Part shown: in pieces, positions 1 through 6,127 of the stretch
Position numbering within the stretch: position 1 is the first letter of the stretch
Layout: each line of letters opens with the position of its first letter
Assembly (NCBI GenBank): GCA_018260615.1
Contig: JAGWDQ010000124.1
Span: 1-24,279, forward strand
Source: Candidatus Altarchaeum sp.
GTDB lineage: Archaea > Altiarchaeota > Altiarchaeia > Altiarchaeales > Altiarchaeaceae
DNA: 24,279 nucleotides
Direction of reading: 5' to 3'
Made by a program: the position numbers and the translations under genes
The notes under the pieces: model-generated
What the model was told of the DNA's origin: nothing
Seen by the model: only the letters and a program-made list of their open reading frames with translations
Databases searched by the model: none

Positions 1-150
1 ATCAGCAGATTTTTAAAGATTGAAAATCTCACAGATTTTCAGTATTTTAAAATCAGCAGATTTTTAAAGATTGAAAATTCTCAAAGAATTTTCAGTATTT
101 TAAAATCAGCAGATTTTTAAAGATTGAAAATTCTCAAAGAATTTTCAGTA
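1..150. repeat. Tandem array of ~3 hairpin-containing units (51, 53, 46 bp), probably truncated by the window edge
   Basis: Units start at 1, 52 and 105 (ATCAGCAGATTTTTAAAGATTGAAAA...TTTTCAGTA). Each has a perfect inverted repeat: TGAAAATCT-cac-AGATTTTCA (21-41) and TGAAAATTCT-caa-AGAATTTTCA (72-94, 125-147). The AAAATCAGCAGATTTT core matches AAAATCAACAGATTTT at 19484-19499. Confidence 0.9.
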
Positions 151-157
151 TCTATCA

Positions 158-184
158 CTTTGTGTCCCTGTGTCTTGGTGTGAG
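158..184. repeat. REP-like palindrome right arm
   Basis: CTTTGTGTCCCTGTGTCTTGGTGTGAG resembles the right arm of the 19379-19583 element (CTTTGTGTC...CTGTGTCTCCGTGTGAGG). Confidence 0.6.
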
Positions 185-271
185 AGACAAAAAACGAACT
201 TTCCTGTACGATGAAAAAGGCATAAAAGTTATTTGGCAACAACGCCAATATGCGAAAGGAGTAGGATATTT

Positions 272-907
272 TTATTTTTTAACATCCGTATTTTTAATAT
301 CTTTATCTTTTGGTTTGCCGCTTTTCCTGCTGGCAAGACCTTTTCTGATTTTATCCATTATTCCTTCTTTGCTTTTGCTTTCATCTGCTTTCTTTTCTTT
401 TTCATCTTTATTTCCTCCTTTATTTTCCATTTCTCTGCTTTCTTTCATACCTTCCAGCAATATTGCTTCATCCGCCGTATTTCTGAGTGCGGAAGAAAAA
501 TTTTCCTTTGCACCGACAACGATTGTTGCCTTTCCCATTTCTTTTGCTTTTTTCAGAACAAAGTGAAAATCTGTATCCCGTGTAACCAGGGCAATTACAT
601 TTACTGCAGGATTATAAATAGCACTCGTTGCATCAACAGCCATGCACACATCCACATCCGAAGGAGTTGTAACCACTTCATAGCCCTCATTTATTGCCGC
701 TTCAACTAATTTTGACGGTGCATTCTGATTTAAATAAACACGGCAAATTTTTATTAAACCAATTGTCTTTAAATTTTCCTTGATCTCCCTCAAACTTAAA
801 TTTACATCCCTCCTCAACACATTCGGACCATCTACAAAAACAGCCAGCTTGTGCTTTTTCTTTAAAAGGTTTTTAAATTTCTCTATCTCAATCATCGCTG
901 ATGCCAT
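272..907 (-). CDS. NYN-domain (LabA/DUF88, PIN-like fold) protein, TIGR00288-like, with a Lys-rich C-terminal tail
   Basis: 211 aa. Motifs AVFVDGPN, SDVDV and LVTRDTDF carry the conserved acidic residues of NYN nucleases. The C-terminal ALRNTAD is also typical. Confidence 0.85.
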   Translation of the reverse strand: MASAMIEIEKFKNLLKKKHKLAVFVDGPNVLRRDVNLSLREIKENLKTIGLIKICRVYLNQNAPSKLVEAAINEGYEVVTTPSDVDVCMAVDATSAIYNPAVNVIALVTRDTDFHFVLKKAKEMGKATIVVGAKENFSSALRNTADEAILLEGMKESREMENKGGNKDEKEKKADESKSKEGIMDKIRKGLASRKSGKPKDKDIKNTDVKK

Positions 908-939
908 CTTAACTTAAATAAAATTAAATAAAAATTTGA

Positions 940-1010
940 TGCGGTCACCGGGATTCGGACCCGAGTTACGAAATTGGCAATCTCGTGTGATACCACTACA
1001 CCATGACCGC
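940..1010 (-). tRNA. tRNA-Gly (GCC)
   Basis: Reverse complement folds as a cloverleaf: acceptor GCGGTCA/TGACCGC, anticodon arm CGAGA-TTGCCAA-TTTCG, T arm TCGGG-TCCGAAT-CCCGG. Discriminator is A73 (archaeal/eukaryal-type Gly); no encoded CCA and no intron. Confidence 0.95.
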
Positions 1011-1098
1011 AGTAATATAAACACAACAATAAACAATAATAAGAATTATGAATGATATAAATTAAATTTTAAAATTTAAATTTTACCTTAAATATTTT

Positions 1099-1965
1099 TT
1101 ATGTGGCTTTTTTAAATTTTAGTTGGATATATTTGTCTGCTATGCTTTTAAGATCATCAGGTAAATATTCCTGTGGGGCAGCAAGTATGACTTTTTTTCC
1201 TTTTTCCTTTGCCTTTTTCATAACCCACTTAAAGTCCTTATCTCTTGTGGCCAGCACTATTCCGTCAATATTCCCTTCATAAATTTCACTGACAACATCA
1301 ACAATCATTTTGGCGTCTATGTCCTTGAACGAATCATCATCTACTTCAAAGCCAGCTTTCTCAGACATTTTCTTTACACCTGCTATGTGATCTATTTCCC
1401 GTTTTATTATATTCTCCGCGTTTGACTGATGTGTTTTCCTCATTATATCAGGATCAGGATTCTTTAAATAAACTCGTGCAATTTTTATTTTCACCTCACT
1501 TCGTTCGGAGATGTTTGAATCCTTTGCGGATTTAAACATCACCTCACTTCGTTCGGAGATGTTTGAATCCTTTGCGGATTTAAACATCACCTCACTTCGT
1601 TCGGAGATGTTTGAATCCTTTGCGGATTTAAACATCACCTCACTTCGTTCGGAGATGTTTGAATCCTTTGCGGATTTAAACATCACCTCACTTCGTTCGG
1701 AGATGTTTGAATCCTTTGCGGATTTAAACATCACCTCACTTCGTTCGGAGATGTTTGAATCCTTTGCGGATTTAAACATGCCCATGCCGCTTACTTTTTG
1801 TTTAAGAACTTGCAGGTCAATTTTTTCATCCCACGAAAGGATATTGGGACCATCTACAAAAACACCTAAATTTAAAACATTTGTCAGGGGTTTTGATTCT
1901 TTATGTTGTTCGGGTTGCCGTGCCGGTTCTTCCTTTTTTCGTCTAAAAATATCCATCAGTCCCAT
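1099..1965 (-). CDS. Second NYN-domain (LabA/DUF88) paralog, carrying a 96-aa in-frame repeat insertion
   Basis: 288 aa. Motifs VFVDGPN, KDIDA and LATRDKDF. It aligns with the 272-907 protein once (MFKSAKDSNISERSEV)x6 is removed: SGMG|KIKIARVYL versus KTIG|LIKICRVYL. Confidence 0.85.
   Translation of the reverse strand: MGLMDIFRRKKEEPARQPEQHKESKPLTNVLNLGVFVDGPNILSWDEKIDLQVLKQKVSGMGMFKSAKDSNISERSEVMFKSAKDSNISERSEVMFKSAKDSNISERSEVMFKSAKDSNISERSEVMFKSAKDSNISERSEVMFKSAKDSNISERSEVKIKIARVYLKNPDPDIMRKTHQSNAENIIKREIDHIAGVKKMSEKAGFEVDDDSFKDIDAKMIVDVVSEIYEGNIDGIVLATRDKDFKWVMKKAKEKGKKVILAAPQEYLPDDLKSIADKYIQLKFKKAT
1492..1779 (-). repeat. 6 x 48-bp perfect tandem repeat (hairpin + tail module) inside the NYN gene
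   Basis: Units start at 1492, 1540, 1588, 1636, 1684 and 1732. The minus-strand unit is ATGTTTAAATCC-GCAAA-GGATTCAAACAT-CTCCGAACGAAGTGAGGTG: a 12-bp stem with one mismatch followed by a 19-nt tail. Confidence 0.97.
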
Positions 1966-2006
1966 TTTATATTAGCATTTTATATTAAATTTAAAAATTT
2001 AAAAAT

Positions 2007-2657
2007 TTACTCCTTTTTACGGGAGGATATTAAAGGCACAAACATACATTCGCACAACGATGTCTTTTTAATTTTTGTCTGTGAAATTTTTTCAGCCAGA
2101 ATTAAATTTTGAATACTGCTTCCGACGGGAATAACCATCTTTCCGCCGACCTTTAATTGCTCTATCAGCGGACCCGGAATTTCAACGGGTGCTGCCGTAA
2201 CAATTATTTTATCATAAGGTGCTTCATCTTTATATCCGTAATAACCATCTCCGGGCAATATTTTAATGTTAGTGTACTTTTTCAGTTTTTCTTTTGTAAT
2301 TTCTATAAGTTCGGGAATTCGTTCAACAGTATAAATTTTTCCTTTTGTTGCGAGTTCAGCGAGGATTGCCGCCTGATATCCGCTTCCGCAGCCAATTTCC
2401 AAAATTTTATCAGTCCCCTGAATATCAAGCACTTCTGTCATTATCCCGACGATGCTCGGGGCGGAAATTGTCTGTTTAAAACCAATCGGAAGAGGATAGT
2501 CGGAATAAGCATCTGCCATATATTCCTTCGGAACAAATTTTGCCCTGTCAACCTTTAGCATAGCAGATATAACTTTCTCACTCTTTATGTAATTATACTT
2601 TATCAGGTGCCGAATCATTCCTTTCTTTGCTCCTTCAATATTAAATTTTAATTCCAT
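2007..2657 (-). CDS. pcm: Protein-L-isoaspartate (D-aspartate) O-methyltransferase
   Basis: 216 aa with VDRAKFVP, AYSDYPLPIGFKQTISAP, the SAM motif ILEIGCGSGYQAA, APYDKIIVTAA and LKVGGKMVIPVG. Confidence 0.95.
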   Translation of the reverse strand: MELKFNIEGAKKGMIRHLIKYNYIKSEKVISAMLKVDRAKFVPKEYMADAYSDYPLPIGFKQTISAPSIVGIMTEVLDIQGTDKILEIGCGSGYQAAILAELATKGKIYTVERIPELIEITKEKLKKYTNIKILPGDGYYGYKDEAPYDKIIVTAAPVEIPGPLIEQLKVGGKMVIPVGSSIQNLILAEKISQTKIKKTSLCECMFVPLISSRKKE

Positions 2658-2661
2658 TTAT
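2612..2661. repeat. 50-bp perfect direct repeat, copy 1 (5' end of pcm)
   Basis: GAATCATTCCTTTCTTTGCTCCTTCAATATTAAATTTTAATTCCATTTAT is identical to 3429-3478. Confidence 0.95.
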
Positions 2662-2732
2662 AACTAAATCAGACAATATATTAAATTTAAAAATTTATTT
2701 TTTGATGATAACTTTTTTTATTGAATTTTTAC

Positions 2733-3254
2733 TCAGGAAATCGCAGGCAGAATTATATTTTGAATTATTATTATCATTAACAAAATTATCATTATTATCA
2801 TTATTACTTCCACTATCAATCCCATCCTTTCTGCTATTGCAGGATGGACATTAATCCTGATCATTATAATTTTTATCATTTGCGAAATTGTTTTTATATT
2901 TGCATGGATTATTGTCGGCAGAAAGATTATCATTAATAGTATCTTCCGAACTCTCATTTTTATCAATATTATTTTCATTTGTGACATTAACCACCTCTTT
3001 TTTATCATCATGATCATCATTTTTTTTGATATGCCGGGATGTCTCAATACAACCCAAAACCATATCAGAATGTTTATGACTGATATCCTTACTCTCCCTG
3101 ACAGCAGCATTAGTGTATTTATTATCAGAATTGGAGTTAGTATTATTAATAGTATTATCATTATTGTTCTTGGTATATCTATCATTAATATTATGATTGG
3201 CATCATTAATAGTGCCAGGGATATTATCCAAATTGCATCAATTTTCATTTTCAA
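2733..3254 (-). CDS. Hypothetical, extremely Ile/Met/Leu-rich putative multi-pass membrane protein
   Basis: 173-aa ATG-started ORF filling most of the segment between the 50-bp repeats. It has several ~20-aa hydrophobic stretches separated by Lys/Arg patches. No family recognised. Confidence 0.5.
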   Translation of the reverse strand: MKMKIDAIWIISLALLMMPIIILMIDIPRTIMIILLIILTPILIINTLMLLSGRVRISVINILIWFWVVLRHPGISKKMMIMMIKKRWLMSQMKIILIKMRVRKILLMIIFLPTIIHANIKTISQMIKIIMIRINVHPAIAERMGLIVEVIMIIMIILLMIIIIQNIILPAIS

Positions 3255-3290
3255 ATAATATTTGTTGAAATTTTCACAGGTAAATTTTTA

Positions 3291-3348
3291 TCACCTCACT
3301 TGCGCTCACTTTTGTTCGTATCTTTTAAAACATTCAAGATTTTTAAAA
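3291..3348 (-). repeat. Hairpin + long-tail module of the dispersed repeat family
   Basis: Minus strand: TTTTAAAA-atcttgaatg-TTTTAAAA followed by GATACGAACAAAAGTGAGCGCAAGTGAGGTGA, similar to the tail at 19531-19565. Confidence 0.75.
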
Positions 3349-3363
3349 TTCTGTTTATGGCAT

Positions 3364-3474
3364 TTAAAACAAACAAAATTTAAAAATTTTTGGTGATAAC
3401 TTTTTCAAAAAAGTTATCTCGCTCTGCTGAATCATTCCTTTCTTTGCTCCTTCAATATTAAATTTTAATTCCAT
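3364..3474 (-). pseudogene. Truncated duplicate of the pcm 5' end (36-aa ORF, first 15 aa identical to Pcm)
   Basis: Translates MELKFNIEGAKKGMI-QQSEITFLKKLSPKIFKFCLF-stop. The ATG lies 25 bp downstream of the ppaC stop. Confidence 0.75.
3395..3418. promoter_or_regulatory. Perfect 11-bp inverted repeat (terminator-like or protein-binding palindrome)
   Basis: GATAACTTTTT-ca-AAAAAGTTATC. A half copy with the same adjoining AAATTTAAAAATTT block occurs at 2683-2718. Confidence 0.5.
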
Positions 3475-3478
3475 TTAT
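3429..3478. repeat. 50-bp perfect direct repeat, copy 2
   Basis: Identical to 2612-2661; offset 817 bp. Confidence 0.95.
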
Positions 3479-3499
3479 GAGTTTTAAATTGAACAAAAT

Positions 3500-4411
3500 T
3501 CAAAATACCTGCTGTAAATTTGGCACAACCTGTTTTTTCCTTGACATCAATCCTGGAATATAAACGGAATTTCCCTCAAATTTTGTATTAAATGCCTTTT
3601 CAATTTTACTTTTATCCCCGACAAAGAATAATTCACTTCCTTCCTTGATTGTATCCGTTGCCACAAAAACAGTCATTTCATAGTTCTTATTTTTTAAATT
3701 TTCCAGAAATTTTGAAATTTGAGCTTTTATTTCGTAAATTTCATTAATGTCAACGAGCTCGGTTTGTCCTATTCCGACTTTTTTTCCGCTGAAATCAAAT
3801 TCCTTAAAGTCCGCCATAATTATGCTTTCAATTAGTTTTCCCCTGATGCTGCCCTTTGCTTTCTTTATATCAATTCCAAATTTAATAATATCATCTATTC
3901 CCACCGCCTTTGCCAGTTCGTTTGCTATTTTTTTGTCTTCTTCTGTCGTTGTGGGCGATTTAAAAACCACCGTGTCTGAAAGAATTGCAGAAAGTAACAA
4001 TCCCTTTATTTTTTTCTTTTCATCTGTGCTTTCTATTTTCTCTATATTGCTTTCAAAATATTTTGCGATGAGCGTTGCCGTGCTTCCCAGTGGTTCGGTT
4101 AAAAATTTTATCGGTTTATCGCAGGAAAATTTTATCTTATGATGGTCAATTACTTCCAGAATTTCTGCTTTTTCAATTCCGTCTGCACTTTGCTGAAATT
4201 CATTATGGTCAACGAGAATCACCTTTTTTCCTTCGGCATTGCCCAGCAATTCAGGAACCTCAACACCAAATCGCTCCAGCACAAAATTTGTTTCTTCATT
4301 TATTTCTCCAAGTCGTGCAGGTGTGAAATTTTTTATTTTTGCATACGCAATTGCCGAACAAATTGTGTCCGTATCGGGACTTTTGTGTCCGAAAACATAA
4401 ATTTCCTCCAT
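3500..4411 (-). CDS. ppaC: Manganese-dependent (family II, DHH/DHHA2) inorganic pyrophosphatase
   Basis: 303 aa with GHKSPDTDTICSAIA, LVDHNE, IDHH, LLSAILSDT and the C-terminal SRKKQVVP. Confidence 0.95.
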   Translation of the reverse strand: MEEIYVFGHKSPDTDTICSAIAYAKIKNFTPARLGEINEETNFVLERFGVEVPELLGNAEGKKVILVDHNEFQQSADGIEKAEILEVIDHHKIKFSCDKPIKFLTEPLGSTATLIAKYFESNIEKIESTDEKKKIKGLLLSAILSDTVVFKSPTTTEEDKKIANELAKAVGIDDIIKFGIDIKKAKGSIRGKLIESIIMADFKEFDFSGKKVGIGQTELVDINEIYEIKAQISKFLENLKNKNYEMTVFVATDTIKEGSELFFVGDKSKIEKAFNTKFEGNSVYIPGLMSRKKQVVPNLQQVF

Positions 4412-4505
4412 TTTAATAAATTTAGATAATATGCTGATGTTGTTAATTATTATTTAAAAATTAATTTTTCAAATAAAAAGAAATTATTAATTTATCTAAT
4501 TTCAG

Positions 4506-5468
4506 ATGGACATCTATAACTTAAAGAAAATTTCAGATAAAATAAGGGCTTATGTTATATTAAGCACAACAATTGCACAAAGCGGACATCCCGGAGGAAG
4601 TTTATCAGCAGCAGATATAATTGCAGCATTATATTTTCACAAATTACGACATAATCCAAAAAACCCGAAATGGGAATACCGGGACAGGTTTGTGCTGAGT
4701 AAAGGACATTGCTGTCCGGCTGTGTATGCTGCTCTGGCATTAAACGGATATTTTGGTCTTGACGAATTAAAATTTTTAAGGAAATTTAACACAAATAATC
4801 CTGAAAATAACCCAAAACTACGACATTTGCAGGGGCATCCGAATGCTTTACTAACTCCCGGGATTGAGGCATCAACCGGCTCATTAGGACAGGGACTTTC
4901 CATTGTCGTCGGAATGGCAATTGCCGAAAAAATTGACAGAAAAGAAGAGAATAAGCGGGAATATGAAATTTATACTTTGCTTGGAGATGGAGAATGTGAT
5001 GAAGGACAAATCTGGGAGGCGGCAATGTCTGCGGGCCATTATAAATTAGATAATCTTACGGCAATTGTTGACAGAAATCGTTTGCAGATAGACGGAAATA
5101 CGGAAGAAGTTATGTCTTTAAATTCAGTCGGAGAAAAATTTGAGGCATTTGGATGGGATGTAGTTGAAATTGACGGACACGATTTTGAGCAAATAATTAA
5201 GGCACTTGATGAGCCACACATACAAAATAAGCCAAAGGTCATTATTGCGAATACAACAAAAGGAAAAGGTGTTAAATTTATGGAAAACAACGCAAAATGG
5301 CATGGCACGGCGTGTAATTTTTCACAATGTATTGAGGCGTTAAAGGATTTGGGATTTGTTGATGAGAACAGCGAAATTTATAAAAACAAAGACAGCGAAG
5401 AATACAAAAATAAAGAAAAACAAGGGGAAATTTATTTAAATTTGTTTGATGGAATTTCAGGATTATAA
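4506..5468 (+). CDS. Transketolase, N-terminal (TPP-binding) subunit of a split enzyme
   Basis: 320 aa with SGHPGGSLS, DRFVLSKGH, LQGHP, TGSLGQGLS, the TPP motif LGDGECDEGQIWEA...DRN, and TTKGKG...WHG. Confidence 0.92.
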   Translation: MDIYNLKKISDKIRAYVILSTTIAQSGHPGGSLSAADIIAALYFHKLRHNPKNPKWEYRDRFVLSKGHCCPAVYAALALNGYFGLDELKFLRKFNTNNPENNPKLRHLQGHPNALLTPGIEASTGSLGQGLSIVVGMAIAEKIDRKEENKREYEIYTLLGDGECDEGQIWEAAMSAGHYKLDNLTAIVDRNRLQIDGNTEEVMSLNSVGEKFEAFGWDVVEIDGHDFEQIIKALDEPHIQNKPKVIIANTTKGKGVKFMENNAKWHGTACNFSQCIEALKDLGFVDENSEIYKNKDSEEYKNKEKQGEIYLNLFDGISGL

Positions 5469-5507
5469 AATTTTAAATTTTCACCTTTTGCATTCCTTTA
5501 TTCGCTG

Positions 5508-5741
5508 TTATGTAGATGTTGACGAAGGGGGTTTTTCTAATAATTTTGCTATAATATATCCTCCTAACGCGCCAAGCCCCAATGTTATCAAAGTTCGGAT
5601 TCCATCATCCAACTCACGTATTTTAGCATCCTTATTCAAAATATCTGCAAGATCCAGCGCTTCTGATTCAGTAATCGTCAGATCTTCAACCTTTGTCAGC
5701 AAATACTTTTTCCTTTCTTCTAATTTAGTTTCTAATGACAT
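5508..5741 (-). CDS. Small hypothetical protein with a C-terminal hydrophobic/Gly-rich segment
   Basis: 77 aa. The ATG lies 1 bp after the upstream stop (TAA-A-ATG). Hydrophobic segment LITLGLGALGGYIIAKLL. Confidence 0.65.
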   Translation of the reverse strand: MSLETKLEERKKYLLTKVEDLTITESEALDLADILNKDAKIRELDDGIRTLITLGLGALGGYIIAKLLEKPPSSTST

Positions 5742-5742
5742 T

Positions 5743-6048
5743 TTATTTTTTTAACCATTCTTTCATTAATAATTTAAGAGTAAGATTTTGACCCACCATG
5801 AAAGTTTTTAATTTCCAATACTTTTCATTTAGTTCATCATGTGACTCTTTCAATGTTTGGGTAGATTTATGAGTTTCATCGATTTTAGTTTCGATAAATG
5901 TTAATCTTTCTCTTATGGGTGGTTTTGTATAGATTTCGCTTTCAATACTATTCAATCTTCCGTTAAGTTTAACAGCGATTCCAACAATTGTTATAATACC
6001 TAATATCACACCAATTATGATGTAAATTTCTGAAATTGCTATGTTCAT
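5743..6048 (-). CDS. Small hypothetical protein with an N-terminal TM helix and coiled-coil-like C-terminus
   Basis: 101 aa. Hydrophobic IYIIIGVILGIITIVGIAV is followed by a charged helical region. Confidence 0.7.
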   Translation of the reverse strand: MNIAISEIYIIIGVILGIITIVGIAVKLNGRLNSIESEIYTKPPIRERLTFIETKIDETHKSTQTLKESHDELNEKYWKLKTFMVGQNLTLKLLMKEWLKK

Positions 6049-6127
6049 CTTATGTTAAATTAAGTTATATATTAAGATATTATTAAAATATAGGATAAAT
6101 TTTAACTTCAATTACTCATCAGGTATT

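Noticed and set aside
1-150. CRISPR array or mini-array
   Set aside because: Units are contiguous near-identical repeats without spacer-like unique sequence.
162-709. Plus-strand ORFs 162-566 and 233-709, and similar short antisense ORFs throughout the window
   Set aside because: Phe/Ser/Ile-rich antisense shadows of well-supported opposite-strand genes.
1492-1779. CRISPR array
   Set aside because: The 48-bp units are completely identical with no unique spacers, lie in frame in a gene, and no cas genes are present.
1511-1975. 154-aa plus-strand ORF with (MFESFADLNITSLRSE)n
   Set aside because: Antisense shadow of the repeat array; the minus-strand frame carries recognisable NYN motifs on both sides of the repeat.
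2851-3231. 126-aa Asn/Asp-rich ORF as the real gene
   Set aside because: Expected frameshifted reading of ATN-rich codons. It is nested in the longer 173-aa ORF, which I prefer, though this is not fully excluded.
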